Assembly: GCF_025526975.1 (NCBI RefSeq)
Contig: NW_026515669.1
Span: 1,054,001 to 1,118,000 of the forward strand
Length of the DNA stretch: 64,000 bases
From: Fimicolochytrium jonesii
Taxonomy: Eukaryota
Reading direction: 5' to 3'
Shown here: positions 13,301-27,829 of the stretch, in pieces
Numbering within the stretch: position 1 is the stretch's first letter
Layout of the letters: each line of letters opens with the position of its first letter
Notes under the pieces: generated by a model
What the model was told of the DNA's origin: nothing
Database searches by the model: none
The model's input: the letters and a program-made list of their open reading frames with translations, nothing else
Translations under genes and position numbers: made by a program

Positions 13301-15096
13301 GTTCATTGTCAGTCTCGTCGCCATTGGTGTCTGCGGGCGGTTCCTGCGATCCGACGTGCATCTCCACGATATCATCCTCATCATGGTCTGCATCCGCATC
13401 CGTCTTTCTTTCACCGTCCGTTTTGGGTCCAGCTTCAACCTTGACAGCATGCCGCTCAGCCTTCTTCTCCTCCCTTCGCTTCTTCCTCGCCTCCTCAGCA
13501 GCCCGCGCAGCCTCCTCCTCCATCACACGCCTCTGCCTCGCCAACACCTGATTCTTATGCATCAGTTCCCGATTCAGCAAAGCCTTCTTGGTCGGTTTCG
13601 CAGCGTACGCAAACGGGTTGTGCTTCTGCCCTTCCTCTTTGATGTTGGGCTCGGCGAGGACGTCAATGATTTCTAACGCGTCGGCGTCATCTTCGTCGTC
13701 GACGCTAAGGGCCGCGTCGTCGTCAGCCAGCTCGATGTTCATCATTAGTTGACGGCTGAGGGCAGCGTTGGCCTTTTGCATGTCGGCGAATTCCGACCGA
13801 CTGACGACTTTGTCGGATTTCAAAGGGAGGTTTTTGCGGGGTGAGGGGCGTGCGGGGCTTTCGGTCTTGATTGTGGTCGCCTCAGCGGGATTCGGTACTG
13901 CTGCAGTCACCATGCCGCCGGGAGATGTCACCTCAGGCACAGATTCCACGCGCCCTGGCTTGCGCACGATGCCGCGCGACGCGAGAAAATTGTCCATGGT
14001 GAACTTCCCTTGCCGTTTCGGTAGCTCAATCTCCGCGCCTACAAGGGATACCCAGCACACTCAGTCCTCTGCAAGTTACAGTGTACATGGCCTCGAAGGG
14101 TACTCACTCCGCAGTAAAGCCTCAGTTTGCTTCTTGAGCTCCAATTTCTCTTTCTGGTTCAAGGACTAAGAAAGGAGCATAAGCGACGGTCTCCAAACGG
14201 AACTGGAAGTCCCTTGGGCATCCATGACTCAGATTCAATCCTACCTTCTTTAATCGTTTCTTCGGCGCTGAGATTGGGACACTAGGTTCCTCGTCAAGTA
14301 AATTCCCGTCCGAGTCCCGCATACCATCGTCCTCCTCATCTCCGTCTGACGCAGCCGCGGCATCATCGCCGCTGAGCTCTTCGAAAAGGCCCTCAGGCAA
14401 CTGTGCGTGCGCGTCTATCTGATCTTCCGCTGGGACGGCGTGAGGTTCTTCAACGGGTCCCTCGTCACCACTCAATTCGCTGTTACGCGCCCCTCTCTGG
14501 CTTTGCTCAAGCTTTTCCCGTTCTCGCGCCGCCATCGCCCTTAGTTTCTCTCGAATCAGATCTTTGCGCTGCACATCGCTAACATTCGTCTCAGGTGGCG
14601 CTTCCGTCTCTTCTTGCCCTTCAGGTTCCTCATCATCCTGTAAACCCGACGCAGCAATTCGACGTTTCATAGCACCCACTCGTCCACGCTTTCTGGAGTA
14701 CGATGGCACATCTTCGTCTTCGTAGTCGCCATCGCCATTGTCTGATGGACTGAGCACACCGCCGGCATGGTCCATGTTATTAGTCGCAACCGCGTTCTCT
14801 GTACTCAGGGGCCTTTCAGCCGACGCCACATCTTTGCGAACCTCCGGATCAGCGAAATCAAAGTCATCCAAATCAGGGAACGAGCGCTCAACCGTAGGGG
14901 TTCGCTCGTCATGTTTGGATCGATTACTACCGTAAGTTCGCAGCGCTTTTCGGAGGTCCGGTATCGCTGAGGTGGGATTCACTTCCGCTGGGATTGGGAC
15001 TGCATCGGCTGCCGGCGGGGATTGTGCGGTTGTCTGACTTGCGGACGGCAGTATCTGGGTTGCGTCGTCGTCTTCGGAGGGGCGGTCGGAGTTCAT
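10347..15096 (-). CDS. MRC1: Mrc1/Claspin-like replication checkpoint mediator, multi-exon
   Basis: Long acidic low-complexity protein with SQ/TQ clusters and an MRC1-like segment (AFIDSEAQEEEDAFFGLGGADD...ELHRQQ...ELLNDVTTGNLRKRK). Exons joined by GT-AG introns, including a 27-nt microexon at 13003-13029. Stop at 10347-10349. Confidence 0.8.
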
Positions 15097-15777
15097 TTTG
15101 GGGATGACTGGTTTCACGATTTCGGGTATACAGAGAGTTGTTCAATACCGACCAGTTGCATGGAATACACGAGGACTTTCTGGAGTTCCACAGCAGAGCG
15201 GAGCAGTTGCGAAGGAGGAAGCTGGTTTGCATTCACCCAACGCAATTACGGACCCGCTCGGAAGTTCTCCGCGGAGGCTTGATACACAGCGACTTCTGGA
15301 ACCAGGCACTAGAGTTGAAATGAAGCCTTATCCTAGGAAGTGAATTGCTGCTTTCTAGCCGGAGACGGTACGGGAACTTCTGGGGAGTGCTTCCTTTTCT
15401 TGCTATCCGTTTGGACGACGCAGCGAGGGACTTTGAACGAGCGGGCGTACGCGGTGTCCGGATGGAAATCGGACATGCGCCTTCGGACATCCATCCGGAC
15501 GCGTCTCCTGTGCGGCTTTCCTTCCATCACGTCACTCCTTCCCTCCAGATCTCATGCGGTTATCTCCAATCCTGGCCTTTCTGGGCACTCACACAGGCCC
15601 TCGCTGGGTACAGTACATCGTCAGAACCCTGACGCCTGCTTTCCAGGAGAAACAGAGGAAACAGGGACCTTCCTCTTAAAGTCGCTGCCCATGCGCTGAT
15701 GAATGCCAGTGAGGATATAACTTCTTTGATGAAGCGTCAAGGTCAATGTCTCAACTCCTACGAGCTGGCTAGCCCGA

Positions 15778-16438
15778 AGGGTTTGATGCCGCGCGGATGA
15801 GTACGCAATGGACGCCCACTCATCAAAGGCATAGGCATAAAGCTATGTCCGGAACCATTAGCGAAGTTGGGCTATTGCATGCATCCATACTATGACGATG
15901 CTTGCACTGAAAAGCGCCCGCCCTGGAACCTGAGATGGATGAGCGAAAGAGAATAGTTGGTACCGGTAAGTCGATGCCAACGAGGATAACGGTGAATAGA
16001 ACATGCCATAACGACGTAGATACATAGTGAGACGGAAGTGGGGATCAAGGAAAATGACGGGGCTAGAATCAAAATGACACATTGGGAGAGGAGTTCGGAA
16101 AACGGGTGTGGATAACAAGAAAATGGGTGCGGATAACACATTTGTGTGCACAAATTGCAAGGTAACCGACATGTAGAAGCGGGGGATGGTCAAGGTGATC
16201 GGCCGGAGATGACATACCGTAGTTCCGACACTGGTGCGTCTAACATCTACTTACATTTTATAAAGAAGTTTAATGCCACACCGTTGTGGATTTTCCATAC
16301 TAAATGATTCACCCCCATGGGATCAGAACGACGGGACATGGGAGGGGCAAACGAAAAACGGATGTGGATAACATGAGAACGGGTGCGTTTAACATCTGGA
16401 TGCTAATTAGAATGCGGGCATGGTATGCGTTAAACCCT
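15778..16438. mobile_element. Candidate non-autonomous DNA transposon (MITE-like) relic
   Basis: Imperfect 12-bp terminal inverted repeat AGGGTTTGATGC (15778-15789) / GCGTTAAACCCT (16427-16438). Four copies of an ~19-bp motif RAAYGGRTGYG(GA/TT)TAACA lie near 16098-16139 and 16355-16394. More AT-rich than flanking genes. No target-site duplication seen. Confidence 0.4.
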
Positions 16439-16718
16439 CACACCGGTCCTCTGCACCGCTCTTCTGATATGTGGAATAAGTAAGAATGTGGTGTTGTTTG
16501 GGGTGATGTGGTGCTACCGTACGTAGTACCCTGCAAGGCGCATGCAGTACAGATCCGTGAGAAGAAAAAGAGGAAAGAGGAAAGCGGGGAAGCTAGCTCG
16601 ATTGACAGGCGGTTAGGGTTAGACGCGCCGACTCCGAGGACTTGTTTGCATTCTGTGTTGTCAGAGCTCGCCTGCACTTTTTGGGCGCATTTCGTTGCTC
16701 AGGACAGCGCCTCAAAGC

Positions 16719-19187
16719 ATGTATTGCCAGTACATCCACGCCTTGCTTTGTCCTTACCTACCTACCGACGTCTGCAACACTCTCAGCAGATCCCTCTACG
16801 CACAAGGGACTTCCGGCTCTTTCGTCTTGGGTCAACTGCTGACTTTAGTTATCTTCATTGCCGTCCCGGTTGCGCTTACCCTCTTGCTGAGAACTTTGCG
16901 GGCTTGGGTGTACGAACAAAAGCAGGCCCGTGTATCGAGGAGTAAAGAGCGAGTGCAGCTGACATCAGAGGAGACACCTGACCCTCCAACCCAACAAATT
17001 GCTGACGAGACTACCCAGCTAATTGCACAAGGTTGGACGTCGGTTTGCCTTCTCATTCGAGGCGTCCCTAAGCTGACCCTTTTCTCACCAGTAGAACTCG
17101 AAGCGCAAAGACCCATGGAGAGGATAGCGCCGATATTGATGCGGGAGACCGCCTCCCAGCAGCACAAAACGCTGTCAAACAAAGGCTACCAACACATCAC
17201 GGCAGGTCTAGATCTCGACGAGGCTGGGGACAAGGGAGGAGCGTTGAGCCAGTACCGCACGGGCGTAAAACATTTCAGGGAGGCTTTGAATCTACACCTC
17301 CCGTCGCCAAATGAGAGGTTTGTGGAGGAAGAAGAATAATGGAGTGTGTCGGGAGTGGTCATTGATAGAGGACGTGTTTCTCAGGGAAAAGGCAGAACCG
17401 TTGAATATTAAGATGCGCAAGAATCTGGCAACGATTGAGCACCGGATACTGGAGCTAGAATCTTCTTCAGATGGTGCGCAAACACTGCATTCGCACTACC
17501 CTAAAGAGAGTTGACCCTAACACGCGGACGGTCTAGTGCTAGATACGTCCTTCAAATCGAAGCTCAGCCCACCTGTTCCGCGGGCTAACGTGTCGAAGCC
17601 CGGTGCTTCCAACGGAAAGGCGATAACTCGCCCAGGATCAGCAGGGTTGGGTAAGAAGGCAGCCAACCCTGCGGCAGCGGTAAGACGCATTTTGAGACGA
17701 TGCGTATCAGCACCACAACCCTGATGGGCTCATTTGCAGGCAAACAAAGCGGCGGGAGGGCCAAAGGCTTCGAATCTAAAGAACGTTGACAAAGCTATGG
17801 CGGACCGGATACTGAACGAGGTGGTTGTGGATAAGCCATCTGTGACTTGGGCAGATGTCGGTAAGTCTTCCCTTTCACGCTTGGCGAGCTGCGCTGCAAT
17901 TTGAAGTGACGAATACGGTAGTTGGACTGGACGGAGCAAAGCGGGCTTTGCAAGAGATTGTCATATTACCTACCCTGCGACCGGAGCTCTTCACGGGTTT
18001 GCGGGCTCCTGCGAAAGGTGCGTCCATTGATTTTTTGTCACTTGGGCTAATATAAATGGACATTGACCTTGTCCTATTTTCAAATTGCAGGGGTACTGCT
18101 ATTCGGGCCACCTGGTACGGGAAAGACGATGCTGGCAAAAGTAAGCCCGGCTGTCTGTGTACAGGGCAAGCCCGAGATCGCGCATCACTCACTCTGATTG
18201 CATCCAGGCTGTAGCCTACGAGTCCAAAGCGACATTCTTCTCCATCAGCGCATCAACTCTCACATCCAAATTCGTAAGTTCCACCTTGTCACAACTTAAA
18301 CACATTAGTCTGTATTGATATTCATTGGTAGGGATGATGTGTCTAGGTTGGCGAAGGGGAAAAGATGGTGCGTTGCCTCTTCCAAATAGCTCGGCAGTTG
18401 CAACCCGCCGTCATTTTCATCGGTGAGTGAATGATGCGCGATCAGTCTGCGTGCATACTTACCGTCGCCAACACGCCCCTGACAATACACACAAACCCAG
18501 ACGAAATCGACTCAATCCTAACCGAACGCAGAGAATCCGAACACGAAGCCTCGCGCCGCCTCAAAACCGAATTCCTCCTCCAATTCGACGGTTTAGGCAC
18601 CAACGCCGACGACCGGCTACTCGTCCTCGCCGCAACGAACCGGCCGCAGGAGCTGGACGAAGCGGCGTTACGACGACTTGTGAAGCGGATATATATACCG
18701 TTACCGGAGATTGAGACGAGAGGCGCCCTGTTTGAGGCGTTGTTGAGGGATCATCGGCATGCGTTGTCGAGGGCGGATTTGGGGAAGTTGTTGAGGGCGA
18801 CGGAAGGTGAGGGCTGTGAAACGTGGTTGCAATGGAAGGTTGAAATGGGAGATGATCTCATGCATCACGACCGGTCTAGGGTATTCCGGAAGCGATATCA
18901 CAGCGCTTGGTAAGTGAAACAACGTTGCGCAGGTCTATAAACGTACTTCTCCACTCTGACGCAACCTCTACTCCTTCCTCTCCTCTTCGTAAACAGCACG
19001 AGAAGCCTCCCTCGGCCCCATCCGCGAGCTCGGCGCAAAGCTAATGTCCACAAAAGCCGAGGATATCCGACCCATACAGCTGAAAGACTTTATCGCGGCA
19101 CTGCGCACGATCCGACCCTCCGTGTCGCCTGCGAGCATTGCGCAGTTTGAGGAGTGGAATCGGAGTATGGGGACTCATGGGTCGTGA
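16719..19187 (+). CDS. SPAST: Spastin (N-terminal hydrophobic segment, MIT domain, AAA ATPase)
   Basis: MIT domain ([13 protein letters not shown]...[16 protein letters not shown]). AAA motifs [98 protein letters not shown] and [10 protein letters not shown]. Many short introns. Confidence 0.92.
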
Positions 19188-19798
19188 AGCAACTGTGCGT
19201 GGATGGGGAGTTTTATGGTGACCTTGTTGACGCGACCAAGCGGAGCACACTGTGGGGGTATCCTCAAAAATGTGGAGGACGAAGAGTGTGAGAGTTTGAA
19301 CACTGCCTGCGTGGTGCAGTTCGATTCACGAGGTCTGCGGCGTACTCCACCACTTCCGATCACGGATGCCACTTTCACCCGTCGACAAAATGGGTAGCTG
19401 CACTACTCTCTAGCATTGCCCAACTCATCTGTAGGCGCAAAATGGACGCTAGACCATCACTTCATGCGTATTGGATTGTATACCCGCCGCACGAGGAACA
19501 GCTAAACCATGCGGTCCTTTAAGCAACGCAACGGGAAGGGGTGTCTACACTACATACTAGCAACCCTGTACATAGCTACCTTGGGGGATCGCCACCTCGT
19601 GAGGTCGCTGATGCTATGTAGGCTATACTCAGAATTCACAATTTTGAAAGCAAATCGCAGCTGAGGTGTGTGTATGAGAGGGGCGTGGTACAGTAGCTAT
19701 TGTAATGCGGAACAGATGAAAGTGATTTATTGAAGTAGTCGGAGATGGAGTCTGTGTATTAGGGGCATTGGCGAAATGAAGTCGTGGTGAGGTGATTT

Positions 19799-22681
<2,883 letters not shown>

Positions 22682-23057
22682 CCAGGTTCTAATTATATTA
22701 GAAAAGGTTCTGCCTGGGAGAAGAGTGAACTTCAGCACCAGTGGTGAGCAGGGGAAGCAAGGCCAAGCTGTAACCCTATATCACTTCAATTTACCTTGTA
22801 TCAGAGAACGACAAGCAATGCAAGTCCTGCGAAGGCCGACCACGGCAAGATGAGGGCGCGTTTTCGAGAAAGGAACAAGAATGAGACCCTGCTTGAGTGC
22901 ACCCGCAACGATAAGGCGGACGCAGAACGTAGACGTGAGGACCTTATATATTCGGTGGCTTCAGATTGAGTGCTCCAAGAGGGGTGGATGGGCACTTTGG
23001 GTAGCGACTGACGGGATGGCAGAATGTTTTCTTTCTGCTGTCAAAATGGTGATGATG

Positions 23058-23216
23058 TGACTCAGCCTTGGCCGCAATCTCTTTCGCGGGTTTTTGATCA
23101 TCTTGCATCGCCTTGCATCGCCTCAAGCCTTGCATGCTCACACATCATCTTGGTAATGGCAAACCAATCTTGGCATCCATTCTGCAGCAGGAGCTCACTA
23201 AACGACACTGAGTCAT
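23058..23216. promoter_or_regulatory. Two Gcn4/Cpc1-type TGASTCA sites upstream of ARG5,6
   Basis: TGACTCA at 23058-23064 and TGAGTCAT at 23209-23216. A TATA-like TATATAAG on the minus strand near 22943-22950 lies between them and the ATG. Confidence 0.55.
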
Positions 23217-24397
23217 GTTTCAATTGATGGAGGTCGTTTGACTTGAGGATATTTGCATAAGTGCTTGAGAGGAAACAAGCAAGATGGGCGCTCAGATCCA
23301 ACTTTTGCAGCTAGTCAATTGGCAACACTTCAACTCCGCTCCAGATCTTCACCAACTTCCTCGTTTCGAAGGCTCCCGGGCTGTTAGGATGTTTGATGTT
23401 GAGTTTGCGGGTAGGGACGCTCTTCTTGGCCGTGACTGGGTTTGAGGGATTTGGCTGTTGCACGTCTCGAGGACTCTGAGACGAAGCTCAAAACTGTCGA
23501 AGTTACTGTCGACGCGTTTACCAACAACGGAAACTCCGCAAACCCCTCATGCTTCTCCAACCGCCAAACCAACTACGCCATGAACTACGTTTCACCGTAC
23601 GGCCAACGCCACCGATCCTCCTACTTCCAAATAACCATCAGGAATTCTCCCCAGGTATGTACGTCGCAATTCTGAAAGCTTTTCCAATAGCCAGAGGGTT
23701 GTGCAGCAGCAACGTCAGACGTGTATGTCGATCCCTCCACGTTGTGTTAGGCTATGAGCCAACGGTGAAGTTCGCTGCACACCTAATTCGGGTCGGAACC
23801 AGCCGCAGGGGACATTCGCGAATGCGACTCTTCTGCGGTATGCGTTGTAATCCTACGAAGGATCTCGGAGCTGAGCGTGCTGGCGTGAGATGATTTGAAC
23901 GACCCAGCATTTAGCGAACGTATATGAGTTTTTGAAATTGTTATCATTGGATTATCCTTCCGCCAATGCGTCCAGCAACCGTTTCCAATAACTCGAAAGG
24001 GGTGGAACCAATGCATTCAGATCGTCGTTCTGGCGAATCCTGAGAGGAGGCAGTCTGGGTGGGGCTCCCACATATGATGGAACCAGAAGGGCACGTGACA
24101 AAGTATGTATGTAGTTTAATCACGTAAATGTGTCGCTTTCAAAACGTCACCAAGTGTAAAGGAAGTGTACTACGTGGAGTGGCAACATCAAGCCCCAAAT
24201 GCCCTCTTGGTTGTGAAGGGCATCTCTAGAGGTATCTGTCCCAACCTTTCCTGCCGAAACCGGACGATAGATTTTTGGAGGCGCGCCGTACAACATCACT
24301 GTGGCGTCCATCTCCCTTCGATTAAGAGCTTCTTTGCCTTGCGAGAGCAGACGAACTTGAACTTCCAGCATCAAAGTTTTGAGGCATATCTTCTGTC

Positions 24398-27364
24398 ATG
24401 GAGCATATCCGAGTGACAAAGGTCGGTGGTGGTGCCTTTGTCTCGCATCTACTTGACTTCGTCTTGAGCTGATGCTGACTCCTCCATAACCAGGTGCCCG
24501 GAGTCAAAGCGGAGAAGGGGCGAAAGTCATATTTTGGAACTCTGCATCTTCTGGCGCATCATATTCTCTTTTGCCCAGAGAAAGTAGACACGGAAATCTG
24601 GGTGCGCACTTTGTCGGAAGTTTCCTGAGAATGGCACGCGTGGGAAATCTCGGCTCATACGAGCATCTGGGGCCTAGATCAGTTACTCGACCATCCAGTC
24701 CGTTGATAGAAAAGAACCTACGCGGCATGGTCTTCATCCGCTGTGCATTACATGTCGCAACTTTGCCTATCTCAAGCTGTTTGTTCCCCATGATCGGGAC
24801 GCGACGGATGTTTTTGCAAGCTTGCAGAAACTCATGAATATCGGTAAGCTGCAATCGATACAGGTCATCCTTGGACATACACGGAATCTGATAGGCCATT
24901 TCTCGCGCCGTGTCAGCATGCTTAGAGCAGCTCTATGCTTTCTCATACCAACCCGTCAAACCATACTCTCAACCGGCGCGATGGAGGCGGTACGATACCA
25001 AAAAGGAGTTTATGCGTCAAGGGATGGGAACGAAGACAGATCAATGGAGGTTTACATCGGTTAACGAGGACTATGAAGTGCGAAGATGTACTCCCAAGAG
25101 CCTAGATTACAAGCCCGATGTTGTTGACACGTTTTCTCGCAGTTTTGCCCCACTTACCCGCGCATAATGGTCGTTCCATCCAAAATCAGCGACAATGTGC
25201 TTCGTTACACTTCCAAATTCCGGAGTAAAGGAAGGATACCCACTCTGAGTTACTTACATCGGAGCAACATGGTAAAGTTAACTAGTGAGAAGTGGTTTCC
25301 GGCGGTGTTCCTGCGCTCACTGGGTCTATCCGCAGGTCTCCATAACAAGATCGAGTCAACCAATGGTGGGGCTCAAGCAGAACCGGTCTATTCAGGACGA
25401 AAAATTAGTCGAGGCAATGTTCGCGAGCGCTCCACATGCTGAGTGCGCCGGAAGTAATCTCATCATCGACGCTCGACCTACCGCCAATGCCATGGCTCAG
25501 ACAGCGCTGGGAGCTGGGACAGAAAGCACCGACAATTACAAAGGCTGCAAGATAGTGTACCTCGGAATAGACAATATTCATGTTGTACGGGACAGCATGC
25601 TAAAGGTCATGGAAGGTAAACGCTGATTGCAGTTGCTGCAGCATCTGGCTCTACTTATCTGATCTGAATCTATGATTTTTGTTTCAAGCTATGAGCTCTG
25701 TCGAGAGCGGACCGGTACCTCAAGCGCTATTGCACAAAACGGGATGGCTCAAGCATATCCGCCATATCTTAGACGGCGCTTTCACCATCGTTAGAGATGT
25801 GCACTTGCACAACAGCCATGTCCTTGTCCATTGCAGGTGGGTACAGCACGTCTGTCCAATCTAGGCATTTGTCACTGTTTACTAACTCTGTTATCGAACT
25901 AGCGATGGATGGGACAGGACAGCGCAACTCTGTTCACTGGCTGAGATTTGCCTGGATCCGTATTTCCGTACTATCGAAGGGTTGGCGGTGCTGATCGAAA
26001 AGGAGTGGGTGTCGTTTGGACACAAATTCCAGGACCGTTGCGGGCATCTTTCGCGCGATCCATCACAGTCGTCGGACCGGAACTCTGTGGGTGCACAATT
26101 CCAAGCCGCAAGGCGAAATGTATCCAACTCGATCACGTCCGCCGCGAAAAGCTTCCTGTCAAAGAACCAAATCAACATTGGAGGATTAAGTTTTGGCAGT
26201 GCCGGGCATTCACCGCTTGGAGAAACACAGCTGAGCCGCCCAGGATCGGGCGGGAATAGCAATTTCGGGAGGTCATCTACATCTGGGACTGCGCGCATGT
26301 TCTCTGCAGATTCAAGCAGTGAATTACCGCAACCGCAGCCGCCCTCGGCGGCACAGCAGCTAAATAGCGTGGACATAGCCGTACCAAATCACGTTGCTCC
26401 GCGCGAAGTGTCACCCGTGTTTACGCAATTCCTGGACTGCGTATACCAGCTGTGGACGCAGTTTCCGACTCACTTCCAGTACTCCGAGCGTCTCCTGTCT
26501 TTTCTCCATCTCCACGTCTATGCCTGTCAATTTGGAAACTTCCTCTTCAACTGCGAACGCGAGCAAAACAACTATCGGGCTCCAGGAAACCGACCGATTG
26601 AAGAAGCCACCTTCTCGATATGGGATCACATTGACGGCAATATCGACGAATTCCTGAATCCCCATTACGTTTCTCCTGAGGAACGCGCAGATCAGGCGCC
26701 GATAGGCGCTGGTGGCGGGACAGGGAGCTCGAATCCCAGCATACCGGGCACACCCGGCTCGGTCAGCGATGACGGACAGATCCTGTATCCCAGCACCGCG
26801 AACTTAAAGTATTGGGCAGGCCTATGCTTGCGCGAAGAAGATATCAAAGTAGGAGGGGATCTGGTGGATACCGAATTGCGGTTGGAGGATATTGATGCGT
26901 TCACGGATCCGTCCTTTGATGATGCCGCTGAAGCGACTGTGCAAAGCAGCATTGTTGTTCCGGACTCGTCTTCTATCGCTATAGAGACATCGGTGCTGAG
27001 CTCCTTGGCTGTTGACGGCGCCGTTCCCCTTTCCCCAATACGGAACGCGGCACCGCAAGAGGCCAGACTCGTCATTGAACCGGGCGTGGACACTGAACCG
27101 CCCGCGGACATGACGGGTGAAGAGACGGAGCAGGTCGTTTTGACGTCTAAAAACGCGCCTGGAGAGCAGGTGGAGCTCTTGGCAGATGCGATACGGTCTG
27201 AATTGGAGCTGGACCCGGGACATGCAGTATCGAATCACGATGACGGAGGTGACAAAGCTGCAGCGACGAAAGCCCCAACTCCCTTACCGGAGCTGCCTGA
27301 AGAACCCCCAAAACCACCAGCAAAGGATCTACCACACCCGCTGTGGGATCCGTTGACTGGGTGA
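24398..27364 (+). CDS. YMR1: Myotubularin-family phosphoinositide 3-phosphatase (Ymr1/MTMR6-7-8-like), catalytically intact
   Basis: Starts MEHIRVTK|VPGV. Motifs FCPTYPR, FRSKGRIPTLSY, IIDARPTANAMA, IDNIHVVR, catalytic VHCSDGWDRTAQL (split by an intron), LIEKEWVSFGHKF and SPVFTQFLDCVYQL. Confidence 0.95.
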
Positions 27365-27829
27365 CCACTGGCCTTCACTGGCATTGAGCCTCACAAGTGC
27401 CAGTGTCATCCCGCCGCGCAGGCAGTCCGCCGAACTGAACGCGTTCATATCTACATCTCGGTTCCAACCCACTTTTTCATATCGCCCATTTGTTAGATTT
27501 CTGTAACTAGTATCACTACGTCTAGGCCACCGCATATATGCTCCATGCCTACTATTACATCGCATTATTTCGAAGTTTCATGATTTATGCACAAGCCCGT
27601 TTGTTGTAAAGCTGCCCCTGAGAGGAAACCTTTAGAGGATACGAAAAACGCGCGCGTACAGGTGCTTACGTAGTTGTCGGTCTTTTGGAGCAAATTGTCG
27701 ACTCGCAATCACATCCAAGCCTAAGACGGAGGAGCAACTTGTCAATACGTTCTCGGGCTGTCCTGATCAGGAGGAAGAAAATAGTTCTGTTCTGAATTCG
27801 TAGCCTATCCGAACCCTGATACTTCCCAC

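Noticed and set aside
15499..15504. MCB element ACGCGT upstream of MRC1
   Set aside because: A single 6-mer in GC-rich DNA is expected by chance and is insufficient alone.
16107..16371. TGTGGATAA 9-mers identical to bacterial DnaA boxes (oriC-like)
   Set aside because: The context is intron-rich eukaryotic DNA with no bacterial genes. The 9-mers are part of longer iterated boxes better explained as transposon subterminal repeats.
16098..16394. Short spaced repeats as a CRISPR array
   Set aside because: Only four degenerate copies with irregular spacing, no unique equal-length spacers and no cas genes.
22682..23000. Arginine attenuator peptide uORF upstream of ARG5,6
   Set aside because: The AAP belongs to CPA1/arg-2. 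No matching peptide was seen; only a probable 5'UTR intron is evident.
23098..23680. Coding-like frames upstream of ARG5,6 (minus frame with one TAG; plus ORF 23442-23675)
   Set aside because: No recognisable homology or complete gene structure. It could be a relic, but this cannot be supported.
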